A DNA stretch of 47,542 bases from Ruminococcus sp. UBA4350 (GCA_002394125.1 DGSY01000021.1:1-47542), one strand, 5' to 3'. Positions 34,123 through 43,330 are shown, counted from the stretch's first letter. Notes: generated by a model from the sequence alone, not told the origin. Program-made: numbers and translations.

Positions 34123-34697
34123 TGAACGCAGTCAGGGACGAAAAAGCGGCACTCCGCCGCGAGATCTTTGCTGCACGGGCGGCGATGCCGTTTGACCGGC
34201 GGGAGGCTGCCGATGCGGCGATCACGGAAGCGGTTCTGGCGCTGCCGGAATACAAGGCGGCAAAGCAGATCCTCTGCTATGTCTCCATGCCGCATGAGAT
34301 CAGCACGAAAGCGCTGCTCGGCGCGGTACTGCGCAGCGGCAAAACGCTCGGTCTGCCGGTCTGCGATACGGCGCGCCATGAGATGCAGTTTTACCGGCTC
34401 GATGCGGTCAGTGAGCTGCGGGCGGGCGCCTACCGGATCCCCGTTCCGACGGTCTCGGAGGAGCGCATTCTCCTGCCCGATGCGGAAACACTCATGATCG
34501 TTCCGATGCTCGCCTTTGATGCAGAGGGCTTCCGGCTCGGTGCGGGCGGCGGATACTACGACCGCTATCTTGCGAAATACCCTGTGAAAACTGTCGGAAT
34601 ATGCTATGCGGAATGCAGAAGGACGCAGCTGCCGCATGATGCATTTGATATAAAAATGAACTGCTGCGTCACGGAACAAAAAACGGAGGAATTTTGA
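34119..34697 (+). CDS. 5-formyltetrahydrofolate cyclo-ligase
   Basis: KAALRREI..., VLALPEYKAAKQILCYVSM, VPMLAFDAEGFRLGAGGGYYDRYL. ATGA overlap with the DJ-1 gene. Confidence 0.85.
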   Translation: MMNAVRDEKAALRREIFAARAAMPFDRREAADAAITEAVLALPEYKAAKQILCYVSMPHEISTKALLGAVLRSGKTLGLPVCDTARHEMQFYRLDAVSELRAGAYRIPVPTVSEERILLPDAETLMIVPMLAFDAEGFRLGAGGGYYDRYLAKYPVKTVGICYAECRRTQLPHDAFDIKMNCCVTEQKTEEF

Positions 34698-36394
34698 TGG
34701 ATGACGAAATGATGTCCCGGCAGGACAGCGCGGCACCGGAGGATGCTGCGGAGGAGGAGCTGCTGACGGAGCAGGATGCCGCAGCAGAGGATGCGGGTGC
34801 CGGAACGGAGGCTGCCGCAGAAACGGATGCAGAGCCGGAGGATGAAGCGCTGCCGGAAGATGATGCAGAGCCGGAAACCGATGCGGATGCAGACGCGGAG
34901 AGCCCTGCCGACGACGACGACTTTGATCTCGAAGCGGAGCTTGGCCTGAAGGATGATGCAGAGCCGGAGGATGATGCTGAAAGCGCAGAGCTGCCGGAGG
35001 ACGATGCACCTGAATTTCCGGAGGATGACGCTGCGGTTATCCCCGCTGAAAAGGGCATAACGGCCGCTGGAACAGCGGATGCGATCAAAAATAAGGCATC
35101 CGATCTTGCCGGAAAACTGAAAAAGAAGGCCGGTCAGCTTTCCGATGATCTGAAAAAATCCAGCGACAAAAAGAAAAAGGCGAAGGCTGCCAAAGCAAAG
35201 GAGAATGCCCGCACGGTCGAGGAGGAGCTTGCCGATCTCGCAGAGGAGGAGAAGCGCTTCGACGAATGGGGCAGACCGATCCGCAAAAAGCGCCGCCGCC
35301 GCAAGAAGAGCCGCAAGCTCTCCTGCACGCTCGTTCTGCTGACGCTGATCCTCGCAATGTCCTCGGTGCTTGCCGTTGCGATCCTCGCGGTCGCGAAGGA
35401 GATGTACGGCATCGACAAGGATGTGCAGGACCGCATCATCACGATCGAGGAGGGCGCGACGACGCTTGATATCGCAAATCAGCTCTACGATGAGCATATG
35501 ATCTCGATGGTGCCGATGTTCCGCCTTGTCTCGCGCATGAACAACAAGGACGGCAGCTATATCGCAGGCGAACACGTTCTCAGCGCTTCGATGTCCTATG
35601 AAGCGATGATCGAGGAGCTCTGCCAGAACCACAAGGATGAGCGTGAGACGCAGCGTGTCTACTTCCCCGAAGGCTGCACGCTGGTCGATGCCGCAAAGCG
35701 CCTGCAGGAGAACCAGATCTGCGACGCGGAGAAATTCCTGTTCCATTTCAACGGCGGCGGCTTCCACTTTGAATTCGAGAATCATCTGACGGATAAGAAT
35801 GTTCTGAAATGGCAGCGCATGGAGGGCTACTGCTTCCCCGACACCTATGAATTCTACGTCGATGAGCAGCCGGATATCGTTGCGCAGAAGATCTATGCGA
35901 ACTTCGATTCCAAGATCACCGAGGGCGACTATAAGAAAATGGAAGAGCTGAACATGACGCTCGATCAGGTCATCACGCTTGCATCTATGGTGCAGGCCGA
36001 GGCCTCGAAGGTCACCTATATGAAGAAGGTCGCGGCGGTCTTCCACAACCGTCTGAACAGCTCCTCGGAATTCCCGAAGCTCCAGTCCGACCCGACGAGC
36101 AAATATGCAAAGCTGATCGCTGAAAAACTGAAAATCCAGAATGATACGATGGTCACGGCATACGACACCTACCAGAGCGCAGGTCTGCCGCCCGGAGCGA
36201 TCAATAACCCCGGCAGAGAAGCGATCGAAGCGGTGCTGTATCCGGATCCGGATACCACGATCTTCTACTTCAATGCGAATATCGACACCGGCGAGACATT
36301 CTTCTCGCACAACCTCGCAGAGCATGAGGCGAACCTCGAGCTGGTTCAGGCACAGTATGCCGCGGCAAAGGCAGCAGCAAATGGCCAGACTTAA
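34697..36394 (+). CDS. mltG: Endolytic murein transglycosylase MltG (YceG family) with long acidic N-terminal extension
   Basis: The first 180 aa or so are Asp/Glu/Ala-rich, followed by a TM helix. YceG motifs FHNRLNS, LQSDPT and YDTYQSAGLPPGAINNPG. ATG 34697 overlaps the upstream stop; GGAGG RBS. Confidence 0.9.
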   Translation: MDDEMMSRQDSAAPEDAAEEELLTEQDAAAEDAGAGTEAAAETDAEPEDEALPEDDAEPETDADADAESPADDDDFDLEAELGLKDDAEPEDDAESAELPEDDAPEFPEDDAAVIPAEKGITAAGTADAIKNKASDLAGKLKKKAGQLSDDLKKSSDKKKKAKAAKAKENARTVEEELADLAEEEKRFDEWGRPIRKKRRRRKKSRKLSCTLVLLTLILAMSSVLAVAILAVAKEMYGIDKDVQDRIITIEEGATTLDIANQLYDEHMISMVPMFRLVSRMNNKDGSYIAGEHVLSASMSYEAMIEELCQNHKDERETQRVYFPEGCTLVDAAKRLQENQICDAEKFLFHFNGGGFHFEFENHLTDKNVLKWQRMEGYCFPDTYEFYVDEQPDIVAQKIYANFDSKITEGDYKKMEELNMTLDQVITLASMVQAEASKVTYMKKVAAVFHNRLNSSSEFPKLQSDPTSKYAKLIAEKLKIQNDTMVTAYDTYQSAGLPPGAINNPGREAIEAVLYPDPDTTIFYFNANIDTGETFFSHNLAEHEANLELVQAQYAAAKAAANGQT

Positions 36395-37607
36395 GCCGGA
36401 GCTGCTCGCCCCCGCAGGCGATGCCGAATGCTTTGCCGCCGCGCTGCAGTTCGGCGCGGATGCGGTCTATGTCGGCGCGAAGGAATACGGAATGCGCGCC
36501 GCCGCAAAAAACTTTGATTTTCCCGCACTGCGGGAGGCAGTCCGGCTTGCGCACGCGCAGGGTGTCAGGGTGTATCTCACCGCGAACATCCTGCCGCGCA
36601 GCGCCGAGATCGCAGCCTATCCGCAGTTCCTTGAACAAATCCGGTCGTGCGGCATTGACGCTGTCATTGCCGCCGATCTCGGCATGATTACAATGACACG
36701 CGCCCTTGCGCCGGAGCTGGAGATCCATGCTTCGACGCAAACGGGCGTGGTCAATTATCAGACGGCTTCTGCGCTGTATGAGATGGGCGTAAAGCGCGTC
36801 GTACTTGCGCGGGAGCTTTCTCTGTCTGAGATCGCGGAGATCCGTGCAAAATCGCCGGAGAATCTGGAGATCGAGGCCTTTGTTCACGGCGCGATGTGCA
36901 TGAGCGTCTCCGGCCGCTGTCTGCTCTCGGAGTATCTCACCGGACGCGACGCGAACCGCGGCGCCTGTGCGCAGTCCTGCCGCTGGAAATATGCGCTCAT
37001 GGAGGAAAAGCGGCCGGGACAGTATTTTCCGGTCGATGAGGATTCCGACGGCAGCTATATCCTCAATGCAAAGGATCTCTGCCTGCTGCCCTATCTGAAG
37101 GAGCTGCATGAAGCCGGTGTCGATTCCGTCAAGATCGAGGGCAGGGCAAAGGCGGCATATTATGTCGCCGGCGTGACGAACGCCTACCGCATGGCGCTCG
37201 ACAGTCTGTTCGATACCCCGCCGCGCCCCGTGCCGGACTGGGTGATGCAGGAGCTGAACAATGTCAGCCACCGCCCCTATACGGTCGGCTTTGCATTCGG
37301 GCAGCGCAAGGATCTCATCTGGCAGGAGGAGAACGGCTATATCCGCGACTATGAGGTCGTCGGCATCGTGCAGAAGCAAGAAAACGGCCGGCTCTATGTC
37401 AGCCAGCGAAACCGCTTTTTCGCGGGGGATGCTGTGGAAATTCTGATGCCGCAGCAGAAGCCGCTTGCCCTCACGGTCACCGATCTGCAAAACGGTGACG
37501 GCGAACCGATCGCATCGGCGAATCATGCCGTCATGGACTGCTCGTTCCTCTGTGAAGCGGAGGTTCCGGCGGGCGCGTTCGTGCGGAAGCGGATCGCGGA
37601 ACAGTGA
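36381..37607 (+). CDS. Peptidase U32 family protein
   Basis: MARLKPELLAPAGD..., EIEAFVHGAMCMSVSGRCLLS, CAQSCRW. The start overlaps the mltG end by 14 nt. Confidence 0.85.
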   Translation: MARLKPELLAPAGDAECFAAALQFGADAVYVGAKEYGMRAAAKNFDFPALREAVRLAHAQGVRVYLTANILPRSAEIAAYPQFLEQIRSCGIDAVIAADLGMITMTRALAPELEIHASTQTGVVNYQTASALYEMGVKRVVLARELSLSEIAEIRAKSPENLEIEAFVHGAMCMSVSGRCLLSEYLTGRDANRGACAQSCRWKYALMEEKRPGQYFPVDEDSDGSYILNAKDLCLLPYLKELHEAGVDSVKIEGRAKAAYYVAGVTNAYRMALDSLFDTPPRPVPDWVMQELNNVSHRPYTVGFAFGQRKDLIWQEENGYIRDYEVVGIVQKQENGRLYVSQRNRFFAGDAVEILMPQQKPLALTVTDLQNGDGEPIASANHAVMDCSFLCEAEVPAGAFVRKRIAEQ

Positions 37608-37677
37608 GCAGTTAATAACAGCGTCCCACTGTCAATCCATTTGAGATACATTTATAATCCCCCGGAGGCACATCTGT

Positions 37678-39531
37678 ATGAACCTCTTTGAAAAGATCGA
37701 ACCGCTGCTGCTCAGAGTGCAGAAGCCTGCCCGCTATATCGGCGGGGAAATGGGCAGCGTGATGAAAGATAAGGCCGATGTCAAAGCGCGGTTTGCATTC
37801 TGCTTTCCCGACCGCTACGATGTCGGCATGAGCAATCTCGGCATGAAGATCCTCTATTCCTGCATCAATGCCCGTCCGGAATACTGGTGCGAGCGCGTCT
37901 TTGCGCCGGATACCGATTTTGAGGCGCTGATGCGGGAAAACGGTCTGCCGCTCTACGGACTGGAAAGCCTTGAGCCGATCCGTGATTTCGATTTCATCGG
38001 ATTCACGATCGGCTATGAGCTTTGCTATACGAATATCCTGAATATGCTGGATCTGGCGGACGTTCCGGTCTGGCAGCGCGACCGCGGCGAGTCGATCGCA
38101 CCGATCGTCTGCGCAGGCGGCTCCTGCTGCTGCAATCCGGAGCCGATCGCTGATTTCGTCGATCTCTTTTTCCTCGGCGAAGGCGAGGAGCTCGATCTTG
38201 AGGTCATGGATCTCTATGTGAAGATGCGCGATGCGGGCGCGACGCGCTCCGAATTCCTGCGGGCGGCTTCGCAGATTCAGGGCGTCTATGTGCCGTCACT
38301 CTATGATGTGACCTACAATCCGGACGGCACCGTGCAGGCGGTCACGCCGAAGGACGGCGCCCCCGCGACGGTCAAAAAACGCATCATCGAGAATTTCGAT
38401 CAGTGTCCGGTGCCGGAGGAATTTGTCGTGCCGTTCTCGGAGATCGTGCATGACCGCGCCGTGACGGAGGTGCTGCGCGGATGTCTGCGCGGATGCCGTT
38501 TCTGTCAGGCGGGCTTCCTCTACCGGCCGTTCCGCGAGAAATCGCCGGAGACCGTGTGCAGACAGTCCCGCGTGCTGATCGAAAATACCGGCTACGATGA
38601 GCTGTCGCTCTGCTCGCTCTCGACCTCCGATCATTCGCAGATCGAGGAAATGATGGACGGTCTGCTGACCTTTACGGAGACCGAGCATATCAATCTCAGT
38701 CTGCCGTCGCTGCGTGTCGATAATTTCAGCGCCGGTCTGATGAACCGCCTGCGCAGAGTGCGCAGCAGCGGCCTGACCTTTGCGCCGGAGGCCGGAACGC
38801 AGCGTCTCCGCGATGTCATCAACAAAAATGTCACCGAGGAGGAGCTGATGCGCACCTGCCGGATCGCGTTCTCTGCCGGACAGACCTCCGTGAAGCTCTA
38901 TTTCATGATGGGACTGCCGACCGAGACCGATGACGATATCCGCGGCATCATCGAGCTGGCGCAGCGCGTCGTCGATCTGTTCTATGAGGGTGAGCGCCGT
39001 CCGAAGGGCAAGCCCGTGCAGATCTCCTGCTCCGTTGCGACGTTCGTTCCGAAGCCGTTCACGCCGTTCGAGTTTCATCCGCAGGATACGCGGGAGATGA
39101 TCGCGCATAAGCAGAAGATCCTCGAGGAAGCCGTCGCCGGACACAAGCGCATCCGCGCAAGCTGGCACTTCCCCGATACGAGCATTCTCGAAGCGGTGCT
39201 GGCACGCGGCGACCGCCGTCTCAGCAGCGTGATCTTCGGTGCATGGCAGCGCGGCTGCATCATGGACGCATGGTCGGAGCATTTTTACTATGACCGCTGG
39301 CTCGCGGCCTTTGCGGATGCAGGACTGACACCGGAATTCTATGCGAACCGCGACCGCTCCTATGAGGAGGTATTCCCGTGGGATCATATCGACTATTTCG
39401 TTGATAAAAAGTTCCTCATCCGTGAAAACGAAAAGGCAAAGCAGGCTGCCACAACGCCGCACTGCCGTCTGAGCTGTGCGAACTGCGGCGTGATCCGCGA
39501 AACAGGACATCCCTGCTTTACCTACAACTGA
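37678..39531 (+). CDS. TIGR03960-family B12-binding-domain radical SAM protein
   Basis: N-terminus LLRVQKPARYIGGE and the radical-SAM cluster CLRGCRFCQAG. GGAGG RBS. Confidence 0.85.
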   Translation: MNLFEKIEPLLLRVQKPARYIGGEMGSVMKDKADVKARFAFCFPDRYDVGMSNLGMKILYSCINARPEYWCERVFAPDTDFEALMRENGLPLYGLESLEPIRDFDFIGFTIGYELCYTNILNMLDLADVPVWQRDRGESIAPIVCAGGSCCCNPEPIADFVDLFFLGEGEELDLEVMDLYVKMRDAGATRSEFLRAASQIQGVYVPSLYDVTYNPDGTVQAVTPKDGAPATVKKRIIENFDQCPVPEEFVVPFSEIVHDRAVTEVLRGCLRGCRFCQAGFLYRPFREKSPETVCRQSRVLIENTGYDELSLCSLSTSDHSQIEEMMDGLLTFTETEHINLSLPSLRVDNFSAGLMNRLRRVRSSGLTFAPEAGTQRLRDVINKNVTEEELMRTCRIAFSAGQTSVKLYFMMGLPTETDDDIRGIIELAQRVVDLFYEGERRPKGKPVQISCSVATFVPKPFTPFEFHPQDTREMIAHKQKILEEAVAGHKRIRASWHFPDTSILEAVLARGDRRLSSVIFGAWQRGCIMDAWSEHFYYDRWLAAFADAGLTPEFYANRDRSYEEVFPWDHIDYFVDKKFLIRENEKAKQAATTPHCRLSCANCGVIRETGHPCFTYN

Positions 39532-39545
39532 CAGGAGATTGCAGC

Positions 39546-39947
39546 ATGACACCTCTGACAAGAGAAAATCCGTTTACATTTATCGTTCCGTATCTGAAAT
39601 TCATACCGCTTGTGCTGGTCGCGGCGCTGCTGATCTTTTTCGTTGTGCATATGATCCGGCGCAATGCGAAGAACAACCCGAAGGATCATGCCGTCGGTAA
39701 ATCCGTCGGCGCGCGTGTCGCATCCAAGCGGCAGAAGCGCCGCCGCGATCCGAATATCAAGCCCTATGATCCCGACTATCAGAAGATGATCACATATTTT
39801 TATTATATCACCTTCGAGCTTGACAGCTGCGAACGCGTGGAACTTTCCGTTCCGAGCGATGTTTATCAGGCGCTGGCAGAGGATACAAAGGGCACGCTGA
39901 CCTATGAGGGCGCACGGTATATCGACTTTATTCCGTCACAGTGGTAA
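39546..39947 (+). CDS. DUF2500-like small membrane-anchored protein (paralog 1)
   Basis: N-terminal TM helix, basic linker and a C-terminal pattern YYITFELDSCERVELSVPSDVYQALAEDTKGTLTYEGARYIDF. Confidence 0.6.
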   Translation: MTPLTRENPFTFIVPYLKFIPLVLVAALLIFFVVHMIRRNAKNNPKDHAVGKSVGARVASKRQKRRRDPNIKPYDPDYQKMITYFYYITFELDSCERVELSVPSDVYQALAEDTKGTLTYEGARYIDFIPSQW

Positions 39948-39988
39948 TGCAGATCCAACCGCAGCAGATACCGGAAGGAGAAAATCAT

Positions 39989-40339
39989 ATGCGTAAGACA
40001 ATTCTGGAGGGTGTGATCCCGACCGTCATCGTGATCATCTGGGCCATTCTGTTCACCGGCATCATGACGCTCATTGTCATAACGATCGTACGTAATGTGC
40101 GGACGAAGAAGATCAATGACAGTATGCCGGCGGAGTCGCTGCGGGCGCGTGTCGTCGCAAAGCGCACGAATGTCTGGGGAGAGCATACATCCACAAGCTA
40201 CTATGTCACATTTGAAACGGAGAACGGCAGCCGCTTTGAAATGCAGCTGGAGGGCGAACAATACGGTCTGCTTGCCGAGGGCGATGAAGGTACGCTGATG
40301 CATCAGGGTACGCGATATCTTGGATTTCACAGAGAATAA
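39989..40339 (+). CDS. DUF2500-like small membrane-anchored protein (paralog 2)
   Basis: ATG 39989 with AAGGAG RBS. Same architecture as paralog 1: YYVTFETENGSRFEMQLEGEQYGLLAEGDEGTLMHQGTRYLGF. Confidence 0.6.
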   Translation: MRKTILEGVIPTVIVIIWAILFTGIMTLIVITIVRNVRTKKINDSMPAESLRARVVAKRTNVWGEHTSTSYYVTFETENGSRFEMQLEGEQYGLLAEGDEGTLMHQGTRYLGFHRE

Positions 40340-40366
40340 GAATAAACCGGGAAAGGAGGATCTGCG

Positions 40367-41044
40367 ATGATCCCGGTCAGAGCGACATTTGAAAAGCGCC
40401 GCCGCGCAAAATACATCTCGCATCTCGATCTGATGCGCTGTATGCAGCGGGCGTTCAAGCGCGCCGGTGTGCCGATCTGGTATACCGAGGGCTTCAATCC
40501 GCACGCCTATCTGATGTTCCCGCTGGCGCTTTCGCTCGGCTGCGAGAGCGGCTGCGAGTGCATGGATTTCCGCATCGACGGCGAAATGTCCATGCAGGAG
40601 GCAATGGAGCGGCTCAACCGCGTTCTGCCGCCCGATCTGCAAATTCTCAGCGTCGCGGATCCGGTGCATAAGCATACCGATATCACTGCGGCGGACTATG
40701 CTGTCACGATAGACTGCGCGGAAGATACCGCCGCCGAAGCGCTCCGGCAGAGCTGGGATACATTCTTTGCGCAGCCGGAGATCCTTGTCGAAAAGAAAAC
40801 AAAGCGCGGCACGGCGCAGGTCGATCTGAAATCGCAGGCGCAGCTGCTTGGTGCCGATACGCTGGAAAATGCGGTCCGGCTGCATCTGCGAATGCCCGCC
40901 GGTACCTCGGTCAATGTCAATCCCTCGCTGCTGACGGATGCCTTTCTCGCATGGCTGCCGGAAAATGCCGCCGATGTGCATACCGGCATGATCCATGCAG
41001 AGCGGCTCGCGATCCTCTGCGCGGACGGCAGCGATTTTGTGTAA
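40367..41044 (+). CDS. TIGR03936-family radical SAM-associated protein (DUF2344)
   Basis: ATFEKRRRAKYISHLDLMRCMQRAFKRAGVPIWYTEGFNPH is the typical DUF2344 N-terminus. AAGGAGG RBS. Confidence 0.85.
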   Translation: MIPVRATFEKRRRAKYISHLDLMRCMQRAFKRAGVPIWYTEGFNPHAYLMFPLALSLGCESGCECMDFRIDGEMSMQEAMERLNRVLPPDLQILSVADPVHKHTDITAADYAVTIDCAEDTAAEALRQSWDTFFAQPEILVEKKTKRGTAQVDLKSQAQLLGADTLENAVRLHLRMPAGTSVNVNPSLLTDAFLAWLPENAADVHTGMIHAERLAILCADGSDFV

Positions 41045-41050
41045 AGTAAA

Positions 41051-42004
41051 ATGGAGAAGAAAAAGATCAGTTTCAGCGCGGAGGGCTTTGAGATTATCTT
41101 CTTTCTGGCCGCGACCATAGCCATTCATATAATCGCGGCGGAGATCACCGAACAGCATCACGCCGCGACCTATGTCGGCACGGCAGGACTGCTGAATGTC
41201 CGGCGGGAGCTGATCCGCTATCTGCTGCTGCGGCTTCTGCGCATTTTCATGCCGCTGCTGAGTGTGCTGTTCACCGGATTCTGGGTGCATCTGTTCCGGC
41301 ATGAACAGCTGCGTCCCTCAAAGGAACGGGTGCTGCTCGGTTTGGTGCTCTGTCTGCTCTGCTATCCGAGTGCCGTCAAGCACCGTACCGGATTCGAGAT
41401 GCAGTGCGGGATCAACGGCTATCACGGCATCCGCCCGATGCAGGCGATCTCGCTGCTTGCGGATGTGCAGAGGGATCTGTCGGAATCTGCAAAGCCGGAG
41501 GAGCAGACGCTCCGTGTCGAGACTGCCCGCGAGAATTACCCCTACATCCGTCACGGCAGGAGGCACAGCCGCAGTCATCATATTGATGTTTACGAATTTG
41601 CGCTGACCGATGCCCGCTCGGAGGAGCCGCTTGCGCAGATCGCCCCCGGCGACCGTGAAGCGCTGGAAAATATCTGTTCCTACGAAGAACATACTGCCGC
41701 GTTTTTTCCGCATTCCGGATTCATCGCCTCCTTTGACGGCGGCGGCATGGACAAAGTCAATGACCTCGAAACGCTGTTCACGCTGAGCTATGAGAACAAT
41801 TATGTCCGGCGGACGGTACATCCGAATGAGAGCGAAATGAAGAATCTGACCTTGATCGTTGAGCGGGGTGGCGCAACGATCGGCTCAATTCTCATGAAGA
41901 ACACACAGGAGCAATGGTTCAGCAGCGGACAGCATACGCGCTGCTGGCTGGAGATGCAATATGACGGGGAGACTGTTCGCGTCAGCAATATACTGGAATT
42001 TTAA
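41051..42004 (+). CDS. Hypothetical membrane protein
   Basis: About 3 N-terminal TM helices followed by a soluble domain of about 190 aa. No family recognised and a weak RBS, so the start is uncertain. Confidence 0.45.
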   Translation: MEKKKISFSAEGFEIIFFLAATIAIHIIAAEITEQHHAATYVGTAGLLNVRRELIRYLLLRLLRIFMPLLSVLFTGFWVHLFRHEQLRPSKERVLLGLVLCLLCYPSAVKHRTGFEMQCGINGYHGIRPMQAISLLADVQRDLSESAKPEEQTLRVETARENYPYIRHGRRHSRSHHIDVYEFALTDARSEEPLAQIAPGDREALENICSYEEHTAAFFPHSGFIASFDGGGMDKVNDLETLFTLSYENNYVRRTVHPNESEMKNLTLIVERGGATIGSILMKNTQEQWFSSGQHTRCWLEMQYDGETVRVSNILEF

Positions 42005-42015
42005 GGAGTATCGCA

Positions 42016-42846
42016 ATGAATCGACCGTATGCGGGGCTTGCCCTGCTGACCGATCTGGACGGCACCCTGCTGCGTCCGGATAAGACCGTCGCGCCGGAGG
42101 ATGCGGCGGCGATCGCAGATTTCCGCGCAAATGGCGGACTTTTCAGCTTTGCGACCGGCCGCGGTCAGCAGGCATCGCAGGCCTATCTGGAGCTGTTTCA
42201 GCCGGATTTTCCGGTGGTGATGTATAACGGCGCGCTGCTCATGGATCCGAAAACCGGACAGAGCGCGGGCGCGGAATATCTGCCGGCGGAGGCGCGGGCG
42301 CTGCTGGAGGAGCTGGCGGCGGCGTTTCCGGATGTCGGCGCGGAGGTGCTGCATCCGGAGGGCGTATTCGTCTTTCAGGACAGCGAGGTCGAGCGGACGC
42401 ATCTGCGCGTGACGAATGTGCCGTTTGTCATGCGGACACTCGATGAAGCGAATCCTGCGGATTGCTACAAGGCGCTCTTTGCCGGAACACCGGAGCGCAT
42501 CGCTGAAATGCATGAATACATCAAAAAGGCGCGCTTTTCGCAGATCAATTTCACGCGCTCGCACGAATGCTTTCTGGAAATCCTGCCCCCGGATACGAAC
42601 AAGGGCACGGCGCTGGAAAAGATCCGCAGGACGCTGCCGGACGGCATGAAGATCTGTGCGACCGGCGATTTTGACAATGATGCGGCGATGCTGCTGACAG
42701 CGGATTACTGCGGCTGTCCGGCGGATTCGCAGCCGGCGGTGCTGGATGCAGTCCGGCAGAGCGGCGGCTATATCTCACCGAAAACCTGTGCGGACGGCTT
42801 CTTTGCCGCATGGGTGGAGAATGTGCTCGAACATTTTGCACGATAA
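42016..42846 (+). CDS. Cof-type HAD-IIB family hydrolase
   Basis: LLTDLDGTLL motif I, FATGR, KGTALEKI and GDFDNDAAML motif IV. AAGGAG RBS. Confidence 0.85.
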   Translation: MNRPYAGLALLTDLDGTLLRPDKTVAPEDAAAIADFRANGGLFSFATGRGQQASQAYLELFQPDFPVVMYNGALLMDPKTGQSAGAEYLPAEARALLEELAAAFPDVGAEVLHPEGVFVFQDSEVERTHLRVTNVPFVMRTLDEANPADCYKALFAGTPERIAEMHEYIKKARFSQINFTRSHECFLEILPPDTNKGTALEKIRRTLPDGMKICATGDFDNDAAMLLTADYCGCPADSQPAVLDAVRQSGGYISPKTCADGFFAAWVENVLEHFAR

Positions 42847-42850
42847 ACAA

Positions 42851-42888
42851 AACAGCACGTCCGGTTTCGCATCGGGCGCGCTGTTTTC
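42851..42888 (+). terminator. Intrinsic terminator after the HAD gene; repeat family 3 copy
   Basis: AACAGCACG - 17 nt - CGCGCTGTT (one mismatch) followed by TTTC. It is the reverse complement of the 22107-22150 hairpin, including the loop sequence. Confidence 0.6.
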
Positions 42889-42890
42889 TG

Positions 42891-43056
42891 TTAGGGCGTG
42901 TTGACACTAAAATAATATGCGGATTTATGAGATGATTTTGTTCCGTTTAAGGCAAAAATCCGCAGGCGGGCTGTCGCCCGGCAAGGATTTTTAACGACGA
43001 ACGGGGCAAAATCAGCCAGAAAGACGCGTGTTAGGCTTAGTGTCAACACGCCCTAA
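42891..43056. repeat. 166-bp element bounded by perfect 20-bp terminal inverted repeats (MITE-like or structured RNA)
   Basis: TTAGGGCGTGTTGACACTAA (42891-42910) and its exact reverse complement (43037-43056). The interior is also self-complementary: AAAAATCC...GGATTTTT, CGGGC-TGTC-GCCCG, GATTTTGTTCCGTT versus AACGGGGCAAAATC. Confidence 0.7.
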
Positions 43057-43110
43057 TTATCCGGGAATAATTGTATCGCGCAAGTCTGTTCAATGGCTTG
43101 CGATATTCCA

Positions 43111-43156
43111 GAGGTGAGTTTGCAAGCAAACGCACAGCGAAGCTGGCGAAAGCCCT
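43111..43156 (+). repeat. Dispersed intergenic repeat, family 1 (copy B; partner 7601-7647)
   Basis: GAGGTGAGTTTGCAAGCAAACGCACAGCGAAGCTGGCGAAAGCCCT; see 7601-7647. Confidence 0.7.
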
Positions 43157-43179
43157 TTGGTCTCTCTTGGCAGAATACA

Positions 43180-43210
43180 GAAAAAAGCCCTCCGGATAAC
43201 CGGAAGGCTT
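43180..43210 (-). terminator. Intrinsic terminator of tRNA-Val
   Basis: On the minus strand, AAGCCTTCCGG-TTAT-CCGGAGGGCTT is followed by TTTTTT. Confidence 0.7.
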
Positions 43211-43215
43211 CTGGA

Positions 43216-43289
43216 TGAGGATGAGCGGACTTGAACCGATGACCCCCTGCATGTCAAGCAGGTACTCTAACCAACTGAGCTACACCCTC
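43216..43289 (-). tRNA. tRNA-Val (anticodon GAC)
   Basis: Manual cloverleaf: acceptor GAGGGTG/CATCCTC, D arm GCTC-AGTTGGTTA-GAGT, anticodon arm CCTGC-TTGACAT-GCAGG, variable GGGTC, T arm ATCGG-TTCAAGT-CCGCT with one U-C mismatch, discriminator A. CCA is not encoded. Confidence 0.85.
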
Positions 43290-43301
43290 ACAACAAAACC
43301 T

Positions 43302-43330
43302 ATTATACCACATGATTTGCGATTTGTCAA
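43302..43330 (-). promoter_or_regulatory. Sigma-A promoter of tRNA-Val
   Basis: Minus strand reads TTGACA - 17 nt - TATAAT, ending about 12 nt before the tRNA 5' end. Confidence 0.7.

Noticed and set aside
33936-36325. 357-aa and 573-aa minus-strand ORFs opposite the 5-FCL and mltG genes, including a Pro/His-rich frame
   Set aside because: They mirror the GAx/GCx-rich acidic-repeat coding region of mltG. They have no start context or domain signatures, and the plus-strand genes are well supported.
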